64,000 nucleotides of DNA, from assembly GCF_009914755.1 (NCBI RefSeq), contig NC_060930.1; one strand, written 5' to 3'. Below, one piece after another: positions 28,759 to 45,250 of this stretch. How positions within the stretch are numbered: position 1 is the stretch's first letter; each line of letters begins with the position of its first letter. The stretch is from the human T2T-CHM13v2.0 reference genome, Homo sapiens. The notes under the pieces are model-generated. The model had not been told where the DNA came from and ran no database searches. It saw nothing but the letters and a program-made list of their open reading frames with translations. The translations under genes were made by a program, and so were the position numbers.

Positions 28759-29969
28759 TTCAAATTCCTTATTGACTCTTTCTTATAATTGTGATTATAC
28801 TTTTACTTTCAAAGAGTTCATTTCTGTTATCTGATGCTTCCTTTTTTGGCACCATATTATTGTTTTATGGATGTAAGACTTTCATTTTTCAGAGAGTTTT
28901 TACTTTGGTTTGTTTTGTTTTAATTTCTCCAATCTCTCAATCACCTCCTTCTCCCCAGGATAAGTTTCTCAGTTTGCTTACCATTGTCCTTCTATTTCAT
29001 GTTGCCGTTTTTCCTCACATCGTTGATGGTCCTTGCTTATAGGCTGATGGTTGATGGACCTTGGTTGACCATTCATAGCTAAGTATGAGAGAATTGAAAG
29101 ACTAACAAATGCTTGTGTACACGAGTACTCTTCTGTTTAGGGTAGGAGGGCATCATTTTAGGGTAGGAAGATGAGGAGGAGGACATTAAACTGTCCTCTC
29201 CCACTTGAGAATGAAGAACCAGTGTCCATTATATTTGCCTAAACGTTTCCAGACATTTGCTTCAAAATGTTTTAGAGAAGAATATTCTGAGTTTTTTCTT
29301 ATAGGGAAATTCCTGTCTGTCACATGATATGATAATACAATAATATATAATATATGGCTTTAATTACTTTTCTTGTTTGCATATCCCCAAAAACAACTTT
29401 GAAATTTTAGATAACTTCTGGTTGACATACAAAATTTTCTATCATAAGTTTGCTAAAAATGTGATTTCTAGCATGCTATAAATACTAAAATTTTAAAATA
29501 TTCCTGTTACATAACTTTTGTCACTCATATAAATGTATCCAGTGGAATATAAATACAATAGTATTTTATACCTTCTATTATCCATTTTCAAAATACATGA
29601 ACTCGCTATTTTTATTGTTGATAGTTTCATAATACTTCTTTTTTGACTTGGGTTTCCATTTTACTTCCCTTACAGAATTTTATTGCTTTATTTTAAGGTA
29701 TTATATATTTGTGCTTGAATAAATACGTATTTTGTTGAACACCTTTTATTACATCTGCAACAAAAATATTTATATAAATTAAAATAACTTTTTCTGTATT
29801 CTATATGCCTATAATACACTATTAACTTTTTTCCTTCTCAATTCAATTATAATTAGTTCACAAATTAGAAAAAATATAACTGCAGTATACCACAAATATT
29901 GATAAATAATTGTCAAACACATAAAGTGTTATTATTTTTAAAAGTGCCTCTAAATTAAAGAAATTGGAA

Positions 29970-30098
29970 AGGGTCACTGTGTTCAGTTCTGCAGGTTGTA
30001 CACTGCACTACTCAGGGGAGCACCATTCAAACCAAACTGTGTGGGTTGAGTGTCCCCTTTGAAGCAGTGCACCTGTGCACATATGTGCAGCAGCCCTG
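29970..30098. mobile_element. MER91-like MITE
   Basis: gcaggttgtacactgcac...gcagtgcacctgtgcac...cagccctg, with inverted ends. Confidence 0.5.
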
Positions 30099-32049
30099 GG
30101 TGGTACTTTTTTTTATAACATCAGTTCATTTGTCTATGGAGAAATATTACTGACCCATATTTCTGCATCAACTCTGTTGCTATTTTTCTATGGGAATGGA
30201 AGGAGTTTCATCATGATTTCATCATCATAGTGTCATCAAACATTATTTATAATGCTCTATGAGTTGGCCTCTCAGAGTTGTTGCTATCGCTCTTGTTGAT
30301 GTTTGGCACCAGGGCAGTTCACTAGAATAACAAGAGAGATATGGAAGAGGTACGCCTGCATTTTGAGCAGTGATTGTAAGAGGAGAGGTGGGAAAGAACA
30401 ACCAGTGTTTTCTAAGACTGATTAGCTTTAGAAAAAGAGGACACATGGAAGATGAAAATCTTGAAATTAATTACTTTAAAATTATCTATGTTTGAAGATC
30501 TCTGTACCACTTTGTATGTAGGAGCACATGTTGTATGTATGTGGTATGGTGGGGGGTTTGGGGAGAACTCTGGTTTTGTTCTCAACTTTCAATTAAACCC
30601 TCTATTTGCGGCTGCACTTTGTTCTACTGCCCAGCTCTCTGGGGTTCTCCTGAGAACCCTGGCTCCCTCTTTCCCAGAAAACTTCTCTAGGCTATCACTT
30701 TTCTTATTCTGCTTTATCAGCCAATGGTGGCTCAACTCTTTTTCCTTTTCCAGAAACGTACCGTCCTCTCTTACCTGCAGTACCTTCCCTCCCATTCTGC
30801 ATGCTTTCACTAATGCTTTACTAGTGTTTTAATGAAAGCTCAAGAGAGATGAGAAAAATAGATATTGTGAACCAAAAACTCATAGAAAGATCTCAATAAA
30901 TAGTTATCATATTTACCAGCTAATCTAAATGGAGCATTAAACTATGCTTTACTCAGAGCAGCAAAGGTCCTCTTCGGGCCATTCAGGGCAGCCCAGACAC
31001 TTCTTCCACTACTCAGCCTGATCATGGCACCGCTAAAATGAGCTTTGGCTAACAGAGACTATAAGCATTATATTAATGAGCCAGACTGTGATTGAAGTGT
31101 AGGCTTAAGGTCAGTGAATAGAAGCCTATACCTGCCTTACCCAAGCAAGAATTTAACTTGGAATTTCCCTAGAATCAGATAGAAGAAAAATCCCAAACTG
31201 CATTTATGAGGTCACACCAATAGGGGAAAACAGATCACTTTTAGCAAGCACATGGCTTTCAAAAACACACCTGTTTCTTTGTTATTGATAGTGTAATTAA
31301 TTGATCTCTAGAATCTGATTGAAAACACTGGGCTATAAATCATGCCATATGAACAGTCCTGGATGCATCACTGCTAGTAATTCAAAGCATATTTCATCTG
31401 CCCGTGGCACGCATTTCAGGATTAGTGTCACATCTGGATTAACGAGAAACAGCAGGGGCTATTTGTTTATATGGTCACATTTCTACCTTTCATTTTACTT
31501 CATATTCAACCTGACACTGGCTATACATATCAATACACACGTCAAAGTGGGTTTATATCTCTTTGTCAGGTATCTAGGAACAAAACATTGGTTGACTCAT
31601 AAGTGATGGGAAATTAACGTCATGAAATGACACTTTTGCTACCAAAAGAAAAAAACATTATTCATTGTGCCCACTACCTGAACTTGTCACCTAAGTAGAA
31701 ATGTTCTTCATCATCAAGTTAATTGCAAGGATAGTCTATATTTATTCCCAAGGCCCACATTTACTTGTCTTTCAGTCATTCAATACATATTTATTGAGCA
31801 CCTACTATATATATGAAAGACACAATTTTAAGTGCAGTGGGTGACACTGGTCCCTGTCCCTAAGGAAATTACAGCCCAGGGGGAAAATGACTAGTATATA
31901 AATAACCACAATATCAAATAGATACTGCAGCAATGAGATAAAAGTGACACAGCCAGTCACAAAGAGCCTTAAAGTTCTCAAAAAAAATTAGAGTGAGGTA
32001 GAAAAAAAAAATCATACTCCCTGGAAGTGTATATGTTAATATTGCGGTA

Positions 32050-32250
32050 ATTGCTTAGAGACCAGGGCTTTCCTTATATTATTTCATTGAATCCTCACCA
32101 TAACACATGAGGAAGCTATAGTATCTCTGTTTTAGAGATGAGGAAATTGAAGCAGCAAGAGGTTAGCTAACACGCCCAAGGCCACATAGTAAGCCATGCA
32201 TCCAGGTTTCCAAGGCAGGTAAGTTTGATACCTAGACTGCGCCCTTAGCT
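32050..32250 (-). mobile_element. MIR
   Basis: aatcctcac...ttttagagatgaggaaattgaagc...cccaaggccacatag. Confidence 0.75.
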
Positions 32251-32257
32251 TAGTTGT

Positions 32258-32652
32258 TCTGTTAGGCCATCCTTGCATCACTCTAAAGAAATACCTGAGA
32301 CTGGGTACTTTATAAAGAAAAGAGGTTTAATTGGCTCACGATTCTGCAGATTGTACAAGCATAGCACCAGCATCTGCTCGGCTTCTGGGGAGGCCTTTAC
32401 TCATGGCAGAAGCCAAAGCAGAAACACGCGCATCACATGGTGAGAGCAGGAGCAAGACAGAGAGAGGTGGGGGAGGTGCTGCACACTTTTAAACAACCAG
32501 ATCTCATGGGAAATTACCATCACCAGGACAGCACCAAGCCCTGTGATAAATCCAACCCCCAAGACCAAACACCTCCCGCCAGGTCCAACCTCCAAACTGG
32601 GGATTACATTACAACATGAGATTTGGGTCGGATAAATATCCAAACTCTATCA
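32258..32652 (-). mobile_element. MSTA/MSTB MaLR LTR
   Basis: aagaaatacctgagactggg...aagaaaagaggtttaattggctcac...ccaaactctatCA. Confidence 0.88.
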
Positions 32653-33416
32653 CTCTTCTATTACTTCTGGGACAGCAAATGAAAAGTTTACTGTTACTGA
32701 AAAATGTGTTTTTATCCTTCTGTATAACTGAGGGAGATTTAAAGCCTCTAAAGTGAATTTTGACTAATATGCACATTTCTACGTCCTCCAATAAAAGTTC
32801 TGAACTGGCTCAAAGCATTCATATACATAAACTAAAACTAGCTGCTGAAAATTCCATCAGATGTAAAGAATATATGGAAATGACCCCCATTTTCCTGGCT
32901 CACGTGACTTCATATTCCAGCTGTCAGTTAGGAAACCAGGAGAGGCAATTCACAGCTGCTTGAATTCTATCTTTTTCTAGTTCCCAGCAAACCGTAAAAT
33001 ATTCAGTCTGACCAAACTATTTCTTTGGTTACTACTTTTGTCATTCCCAAAATTAAAACTTCAAACATACCACTCACACATACACAGAGATTTTCACACA
33101 TATGGGCTTTTTGTAGCTTGCTGTTAGAAAAAATGTTCATGAAAAAGATAATTCACTTTTTCTACCCTCTGAATATTATCTAAAGGGAGTTCTGATCTGG
33201 AGCTCACCTTACTTTTTGTCTTGTGCTGTATATTCTTATTTCAATGGGTAAAACCAAGATCTTAGAATTGCCTTTATATTTTAAATACCCCTTTTTGAAT
33301 CTATGAAGATTATCAAACTAACATAACCTTGCAAACAGGGGTTATTGTTCTAGATCCATTTTCTATTGTTTTATGTCTCCTGGGTCACTGAGATCCTGAC
33401 AGTGTGTATTCTAAAC

Positions 33417-33555
33417 CAGTGTTTCTCAAGGCTTAGTGTGCAGCCAGGTCACATAGAGGGCATCTGGGTCCACCCCACTGAATCTCCATCAGTAACAAGA
33501 TTGCAGGTGATGCTGATGCTGCTGGTGCAAGGACGAGCCTGTGAGAACCACTGTT
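33417..33555. mobile_element. MER5A fragment
   Basis: caggtgatgctgatgctgctgg...tgagaaccactg. Confidence 0.65.
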
Positions 33556-33569
33556 TTAAACCAACCTGA

Positions 33570-33720
33570 ATAAGAAAGAGCACTGGACTAAGAGTCAAGA
33601 AACCTAGACTCTGATTCTAGATCTGCCACTGTCTGGCTGTGTGGCCTCAGACAAGTCACTTAACCTCTCTGAGACTCCATTCCCTCATTAAATGGCATGC
33701 TTTAACTAAGTAATTAATAA
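33570..33720 (+). mobile_element. MIR
   Basis: ctgccactgtctggctgtgtggcctcagacaagtcacttaacctctctgag. Confidence 0.75.
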
Positions 33721-33862
33721 AAATCCCATATCATTTCATAATTTTATAACTGAGCCAAGATAGAGTATACTCTACTATGCCCACCAAACAATTTGAGGGG
33801 TCCGAGCTTAACAGTTAACATAGTCACTGTGTTTGAGAAAATACATATGTTTTCCTCCCATA

Positions 33863-35241
33863 CTGTTAAGTTCTGCTGTTATACACCATACATATGTTTC
33901 TAAAAATCATCCCGCTATGCAAAATTGTGCAATAAAAATGGAGCTGGGGAACAACACTCAAAAACTTCAACAGTGTCTCTAGGAAAAAAGAAATTAGAAA
34001 CGTAATAAAGACAATATCACACTTTCATACCTGTTAAATGGTTAAGAAATGCATAAAGAGGCCAGGCGCAGTGGCTCACACCTGTAATCCTAGCACTTTG
34101 GGAGGCCGAGGTGGGCGGATAATGAGATCAGGAGTTCCAGACTAGCCTGGCCAACATAGTGAAACCCTGTCTCTACTAAAAATACCAAAAAAATTAGCCA
34201 GGCGTGGTGGCAGGCGTGTCTAATCCCAGCTACTCGGAAAGCTGAGGCAAGGAGAATCACTATCACTTGAACCTGGGAGGCAGGGGTTACAGTGACCGAG
34301 ATCACGCCACTGCACTCCAGCTCGGACGACAGTGCGAGACTCCATCTCAAAAAAAAAAAGAAATGCATAAAGACTGCGGTCCGTGTAGCATTTAACTTGA
34401 AAAAGACTGGAGGTTTGTCATGGAAGTGGGCTGGGAAGGGTGACAACTGGTGAGTTTTTGTGAAGTGGTACAAGGAAAGTAATCTGGAATCTGACAGAAA
34501 GCCATCACAGCAGATGTGAATAGGTGTGGCTCATTGTCCTCACTTCCAGCATTAGCATAGACACCACAGTTAAGTCATCTCTCGGAGTCTTTAATCATGG
34601 AGGAAGTTTTCCTGTCTTTGCAAGGTAGGTCCTTCAAGGCATGTATGTATAATATAATAGATGCTGTATCATTAAAATTGAAATTCTGATCCAATGTGCT
34701 GCCTTCTTCTTCCTTACCTTCTCTATCACTCCTGGAAATTCTTTGATGGCTTTCTGATCTACATTTATGATTTTCCCAACAGCAGAAGACTTTGGAAATT
34801 GTAGTGATATTTAAAAATGCTACATCAACCACTGCTGGCACATAAAGGACCCATAATAAACCACTTCCGCAGGATTTGGTAATTTTCATTTAAGCTCTTT
34901 GAATCTAGACTGCATTTTCCTTTTGCAGGAATTGCTTGGCAACTTGAACCAAAACACTTACATTTGTCTGGAATATTGAAAGAGATTTTTTTCCTTTTAG
35001 TACACAGAAGGTCACAAATGTGAAGGAGTAGGAAAAGATAACCTTTGTGGATAGAGCTAGCTGGCAGGTGTTTGAAATGTGTGTAGTTTGGGCATTTGTG
35101 TATCTCTACATGGTTTGGTGTGCAGAATAATTGTGGATAAGCAAATTCAAAATTCATGTTTGACTCAAATGATTCTCTAATTTATCATGCACATTGAAAC
35201 AAATTCACATTTTCAAAGCAAGTGTTAAAGTGAACTGACCG
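33863..35241. mobile_element. Tigger13-like TcMar element with internal transposase remnant (minus strand), split by an Alu
   Basis: TA-flanked imperfect TIRs (ta|ctgttaagttctgc ... gaactgaccg|ta); ends resemble Tigger13a; pogo transposase motifs at about 34535-35010. Confidence 0.78.
34060..34359 (+). mobile_element. AluS inside the Tigger
   Basis: TSD aagaaatgcataaaga. Confidence 0.92.
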
Positions 35242-35519
35242 TACTTTTGATGACAAATATTAAAACTTTGATATTAGAATCACTATATGTCATGGGTAGA
35301 ATATTGGAAATCTACCAAAATCTCTCATATGTGGGACTGAACACATTTAGGAAATGACTTCTACGAGATGGGAAACAATCCAAGAGAGTTATAATTTTAA
35401 TATAACTAGTCACACCTTAGACACAAATGAAAGACCTGGGAGTGGAAGATCCTGACTCAGGAGCTCACTGAGGAAGGTCCTGACTCAAGTATTCACGATG
35501 TCTATTAAAATGCTATCTG

Positions 35520-36378
35520 AGTGGGCAGAGGATATAAACAGACACTTCTCAAAAGAAGACACTTATGCTGCCAACAGACACATGAAAAAATGCTCACCAT
35601 CACTGGCCATCAGAGAAATGCAAATCAAAACCACAGTGAGATACCATCCCACACCAGTTAGAATGGCGATCATTAAAAAGTCAGGAAACAACAGGTGCTG
35701 GAGAGGACGTGGAGAAATAGGAAAACTTTTACACTGTTGGTGGGACTGTAAACTAGTTCAACCATTGTGGAAGACAGTGTGGCGATTCCTCAAGGATCTA
35801 GAACTAGAAATAACATTTGACCCAGCCATCCCATTACTGGGTATATACCCAGAGGATTATAAATCATGCTGCTATAAAGACAAATGCACACATATGTTTA
35901 TTGTGGCACTATTCACAATAGCACTTGGAACCAACCCAAATGTCCAACAATGATAGACTGGGTTAAGAAAATGTGGCACGTATACACCACGGAATAGTAT
36001 GGAGCCATAAAAAAGGATGAGTTCACGTCCTTTTAGGGACATGGATGAAGCTGGAAACCATCATTCTGAGCAAACTATCGCAAGGACAGAAAACCAAACA
36101 CCGCATTTCTCACTCACAGGTGGGAATTGAACAATGAGAACACTTGGACACAGGGTGGGGAACACCACACACTGGGGCCTGTCGTGGGGTGGGGCGAGGG
36201 GGGAGGGATAGCATTAGGAGATATACCTAATGTAAACGACGAGTTAATGGGTGCAGCACACCAACATGGCACATGTATACTTATGTAACAAACCTGCACA
36301 TTGGGCACATGTACCCTAGAACTTAAAGTATAATTAAAAATAATAATAATAATAAATAAAAATAAATTAATAAAAAAA
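35520..36378 (+). mobile_element. 5'-truncated L1PA4/5-like element (ORF2 C-terminus, 3'UTR, A-rich tail)
   Basis: ORF 35498..35953 matches the L1 ORF2 Cys-rich end; 3'UTR gcattaggagatatacctaatgtaaacgacgagttaatggg...cctagaacttaaagtataat. Confidence 0.93.
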
Positions 36379-36379
36379 G

Positions 36380-36790
36380 AATTTGGGAGGTTTCTAGTTT
36401 GAGAATATTACCAATAATTCTGAAATTTTTGTATGTCTTTTGGCCAAAATATATTGAGAATATACCTAGGAGCAGAATTGCTAAGTCATAGAATGTATAT
36501 GTGTTCCAATACAGTAGGTACTGCCAAACAGTTTTCCAAAGGGGTTGTACCAGTTTGTATCCCCACCAAAAACATACAAAAATGTTGATTGTTCCATACT
36601 TTGTCATATCACATTAGATAACGTTTTAAAGTTTAGCTATCCTAATGGATGTGTAGTCATATTTCCTTATGGTATTGATTTGCATTTTTACAAATATATG
36701 ATGAAATTGAGTACATTTTCATATGCTTATGATCCATTTCAATATCTTCTTTCATGAAGTGTTTCATATTTCATCTGTTTTACTAAATGT
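36380..36790 (-). mobile_element. Old L1M fragment directly after the L1PA tail (possibly transduced)
   Basis: ORF track 36323..36607 [10 protein letters not shown]...AILLLGI; heavily diverged. Confidence 0.7.
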
Positions 36791-37269
36791 GTGGTCTTTC
36801 TTTTTCGTATACATCTGTATGTATTCTTAACATATACATTATAAACACATATTGTAAAACCTTAAAAAAAGGCTACCTGAGATAGTTTCTGAGGATGCTC
36901 AATGACATAGAGGCATTTCCACAAAATCTGAAGTTTTCAAAAAAATCTGCCCTTTTTCTTCTCTTCAGTTACCTGTCAGAGAATATGGTGTTGATCTCTT
37001 TCCAAAATTTCATAAATTGAAACCAGTTTCCCTTTGATTACCCTTGTGTAAGACCTTTATGGGAATTGTTTTCCCACACTTATTATGAACATTTTAATAG
37101 AATGTGAAAAAATGGAAGATTTTTCAGAAAACAGCCATAGGAAGTATTAAAGATGTGAAAATATTTCCTAAAAGCATAGGAAGCATCTGCAGGGGTGATT
37201 CAGGCTCTCAGCAGAAAAGACAAAGGAACATTTTAATACGCCTAGGATTATTCCAGAGTCCTCTCTTGA

Positions 37270-37955
37270 TCTTATGCCCCACATTCTGTACATCAGGAAA
37301 TCCTGTTGGCTCCACCTTCAAAATCCATCTACAATCCCATAACCTCTTACCACCCCCATTGTTAGTACCCTGGTCCAACCCACTACCAACATCTCCCTAG
37401 AATAAGAAACTCCTAACTAGTCTTCTTGCTTCTCTTTTGACCCCTTGCCCCGGGCTACTCTCAAACTATAGTCCTACTTGTTCTTTGAAGCTATGCCATT
37501 GTTCCACATTTTGTTCAGGATAAGACAACTCATCTCCCATAACTCTTGTCTCTCTCATTACACTCCAGTCACACTGTCCTCATTGATGTTCCTGGAACAT
37601 GCCAAGCATGTCCCACCTCCTACCTTGAAGATTTTGCTAAAATGTCACTACCTCAAGGAAACCTACCCTGACCAATATTTTTAAAAATTGAAAGGACTCT
37701 TCAACACACACACACACACTCACACACTATTAATTCCCTGTATATTGCTCTTCCCCCCAATCCCCCGCAATATTTATCTCTTTGCACCAGGCCAGATAAT
37801 TTACTTTTTACCATGATTATTGCATTTTCATGTCTTCCTCTCATTCTTGTGTAAGCGCCCTGAAGGCAGGGGTCTTTGCTCTCTCACTGATATATTAAGT
37901 ATTAAAAACAGTACCTGGCTTATAACATGTGCTTCATAAATACTGAATGAATAAA
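37270..37955. mobile_element. L2 fragments
   Basis: aaatcctgttggctccaccttcaaaat, ctggaacatgccaagc, gaaggcagggg...aaatactgaatgaataa. Confidence 0.65.
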
Positions 37956-38516
37956 CCACTTTCAAGTTCACAGACGTTAATATGAGGATGAAGTCAATTT
38001 CTTCGACTACAGAAGTCAACTTCTTTCACTGTCCTCCAGTAGAGAGAAAAACCAGGAGACACAGAGACAGACAGAGAGAGAGAGAGAGACAAATAAAAAG
38101 ACAATAATAAAATAAGAAAAAGGTTTTTTGACAGTAAGAGAAAGCAAAACTATTAAAATTAGCTGTCAACAACTATCAAAATAAGCTACCTGAAGGAAGT
38201 ACCTTCTGATTATTCAGGTGCTTTTTAAGAGATAATATGGTTTCACTGGTTAAGGACCAGTTGAAACAAAAACCAGAAAATACTGGGTAAAATTCAGACC
38301 TCTAATATTCAATGAATATTAGACATTGGCCACATGTCTCCAGAGAGATCTCTGCTACTCACCTTCCCTTCTCCTCTAAAATGATGTCACTGACTCAGTG
38401 GATCACAACTTTACAATTTATTTTCATTGATTCTGTCTCAGAGGGACTTAACAATCTATATGGCATTGCATTTTCAGCTATAGAATCCTTGATGATAGCC
38501 TGTCTCAATAAATTAA

Positions 38517-38741
<225 letters not shown>

Positions 38742-38930
38742 TAGGGTACATGTGCACATTGTGCAGGTTAGTTATATATGTATACATGTGCCATGCTGGT
38801 GCGCTGCACCCACTAACTCGTCATCTAGCATTAGGTATATCTCCCAATGCTATCTGTCCCCCCTCCCCCCACCCCACCACAGTCCCCAGAGTGTGATATT
38901 CCCCTTCCTGTTTCCATGTGATCTCATTGT

Positions 38931-42750
<3,820 letters not shown>

Positions 42751-42777
42751 TATGATGTTAGCTGGTGATTTTGCTCG

Positions 42778-43830
42778 TTAGTTGATGCAGTTTCTTCCTA
42801 GTCTCGATGGTCTTTCCATTTTGGCATGATTTTGCAGCGGCTGGTACCGGTTGTTCCTTTCCATGTTTAGCGCTTCCTTCAGGAGCTCTTTTAGGGCAGG
42901 CCTGGTGGTGACAAAATCTCTCAGCATTTGCTTGTCTGTAAAGTATTTTATTTCTCCTTCACTTATGAAGCTTAGTTTGGCTGGATATGAAATTCTGGGT
43001 TGAAAATTCTTTTCTTTAAGAATGTTGAATATTGGCCCCCACTCTCTTCTGGCTTGTAGGGTTTCTGCCGAGAGATCCGCTGTTAGTCTGATGGGCTTCC
43101 CTTTGAGGGTAACCCGACCTTTCTCTCTGGCTGCCCTTAACATTTTTTCCTTCATTTCAACTTTGGTGAATCTGACAATTATGTGTCTTGGAGTTGCTCT
43201 TCTCGAGGAGTATCTTTGTGGCATTCTCTGTATTTCCTGAATCTGAACATTGGCCTGCCTTGCTAGATTGGGGAAGTTCTCCTGGATAATATCCTGCAGC
43301 GTGTTTTCCAACTTGGTTCCATTCTCCCCATCACTTTCAGGTACACCAATCAGACGTAGATTTGGTCTTTTCACATAGTCCCATATTTCTTGGAGGCTTT
43401 TCTGGTTTCTTTTTATTCTTTTTTCTCTAAACTTCCCTTCTCGCTTCATTTCATTCATTTCATCTTCCATCGCTGATACCCTTTCTTCCAGTTGATCGCA
43501 TCGGCTCCTGAGGCTTCTGCATTCTTCACGTAGTTCTTGAGCCTTGGTTTTCAGCTCCATCAGCTCCTTTAAGCACTTCTCTGTATTGGTTATTCTAGTT
43601 ATACATTCTTCTAAATTTTTTTCAAAGTTTTCAACTTCTTTGCCTTTGGTTTGAATGTCCTCCCGTAGCTCAGAGTAATTTGATCGTCTGAAGCCTTCTT
43701 CTCTCAGCTCGTCAAAGTCGTTCTCCATCCAGCTTTGTTCCATTGCTGGTGAGGAACTGCGTTCCTTTGAAGGAGGAGAGGCTCTCTGCGTTTTAGAGTT
43801 TCCAGTTTTTCTGTTCTGTTTTTTCCCCAT
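42778..43830 (-). CDS. L1 ORF1p, uninterrupted, 350 aa (stop read-through adds 12 aa)
   Basis: ORF track; MGKKQNRKTGNSK...NHAKM followed by ERPSRLGRNCIN. Confidence 0.9.
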   Translation of the reverse strand: MGKKQNRKTGNSKTQRASPPSKERSSSPAMEQSWMENDFDELREEGFRRSNYSELREDIQTKGKEVENFEKNLEECITRITNTEKCLKELMELKTKAQELREECRSLRSRCDQLEERVSAMEDEMNEMKREGKFREKRIKRNQKSLQEIWDYVKRPNLRLIGVPESDGENGTKLENTLQDIIQENFPNLARQANVQIQEIQRMPQRYSSRRATPRHIIVRFTKVEMKEKMLRAAREKGRVTLKGKPIRLTADLSAETLQARREWGPIFNILKEKNFQPRISYPAKLSFISEGEIKYFTDKQMLRDFVTTRPALKELLKEALNMERNNRYQPLQNHAKMERPSRLGRNCIN

Positions 43831-44727
43831 CTTTGTGGTTTTATCTACTTTTGGTCTTTGATGATGGTGATGTACAGATGGGTTTTTGGTGTGGATGTCC
43901 TTTCTGTTAGTTTTCCTTCTAACAGACAGGACCCTCAGCTGCAGGTCTGTTGGAATACCCTGCCGTGTGAGGTGTCAGTGTGCCCCTGCTGGGGGGTGCC
44001 TCCCAGTTAGGCTGCTCGGGGGTCAGGGGTCAGGGACCCACTTGAGGAGGCAGTCTGCCCGTTCTCAGATCTCCAGCTGCGTGCTGGGAGAACCACTGCT
44101 CTCTTCAAAGCTGTCAGACAGGGACATTTAAGTCTGCAGAGGTTACTGCTGTCTTTTTGTTTGTCTGTGCCCTGCCCCCAGAGGTGGAGCCTACAGAGGC
44201 AGGCAGGCCTCCTTGAGCTGTGGTGGGCTCCAACCAGCTTCCCGGCTGCTTTGTTTACCTAAGCAAGCCTGGGCAATGGCGGGCGCCCCTCCCCCAGCCT
44301 TGCTGCCGCCTTGCAGTTTGATCTCAGACTGCTGTGCTAGCAACCAGCGAGACTCCGTGGGCGTAGGACCCTCCGAGCCAGGAGTGGGATATAGTCTCGT
44401 GGTGCGCCGTTTTTTTAAGCCGGTCTGAAAATGCGCAATATTCGGGTGGGAGTGACCCGATTTTCCAGGTGCATCTGTCACCCCTTTCTTTGACTCGGAA
44501 AGGGAACTCCCTGACCCCTTGCGCTTCCCAGGTGAGGCAAATGCCTCGCCCTGCTTCGGCTCGAGCACGGTGCGCGCACCCACTGGCCTGAGCCCACTGT
44601 CTGGCACTCCCTAGTGAGATGAACCCGGTACCTCAGATGGAAATGCAGAAATCACCCATCTTCTGCGTCGCTCACGCTGGGAGCTGTAGACCGGAGCTGT
44701 TCCTATTCGGCCATCTTGGCTCCTCCC
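43831..44727 (-). promoter_or_regulatory. L1 5'UTR: CpG-rich sense promoter (YY1 site AAGATGGCC intact) and antisense promoter
   Basis: ggccatctt at about 44709-44717 on the plus strand; many CpGs retained. Function from known L1 biology. Confidence 0.75.
44276..44428 (+). pseudogene. L1 ORF0, frameshifted to 50 aa
   Basis: MAGAPPPALLPPCSLISDCCASNQRDSVGVGPSEPGVGYSLVVRRF then FKPV*, instead of the 71-aa consensus ending. Confidence 0.8.
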
Positions 44728-44728
44728 G

Positions 44729-44833
44729 TAGTTTTTGTATTTTTATTAGAGATGGGGTTTCACCATATTGGCCAGGCTGGTCTTGAACTCCTGACCTCAT
44801 GATCCATCCACCTTCGCCTCTGAAAGTGCTGAG
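44729..44833 (-). mobile_element. AluS left arm (5'-truncated), continuation of 38545-38719
   Basis: Alu TSD tgattattc at 38536-38544 and 44834-44842. Confidence 0.9.
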
Positions 44834-44934
44834 TGATTATTCATTTTTTGAGCAAGAGGGAGGTCACATTTCTTATTACACAGAAACAGAATAACTTCCA
44901 TTTCTGCAATATAGTTAGCAAAGTTGGGGGTTTT

Positions 44935-45250
44935 GTCTGGTTGGTTTTGTTTTTTTTGGGTTTTTTTGAGATGGGATCTAAATCTGTCACCCAGGCTAGA
45001 GTGCAGTTGTGCAATCACGGCTCACTGCAGCCTCAACCTCCCCAGGTTCAGGTAATCCTCCCACCTGAGCCTCCCAAGTAGCTGGGACTACAGGACTATG
45101 CCACCACATCTAGCTAATATTTTTGCATTTTTGTAGAGACAAGGTTTTGCCATGTTACACAATCTGGTCTCTAACCCTTGGGCTCAAGAGATCTATTCAT
45201 CTCGGCCTCCCAAAGTGCCAGAATTACAGGCATGAGCCACCATGCCCAGT
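44935..45250 (-). mobile_element. AluJ
   Basis: Diverged reverse-complement dimer. Confidence 0.88.

Noticed and set aside
30775-30838. Strong minus-strand donor CAG|gtaaga with possible acceptors at 30820 or 30838
   Set aside because: Either exon would add a stop or frameshift to the OFCC1 frame and the acceptors are weak; cannot be supported without transcript data.
31425-31445. acatctggattaa as a TWIST1-homeodomain Coordinator motif
   Set aside because: E-box to TAAT spacing is shorter than the motif as I recall it.
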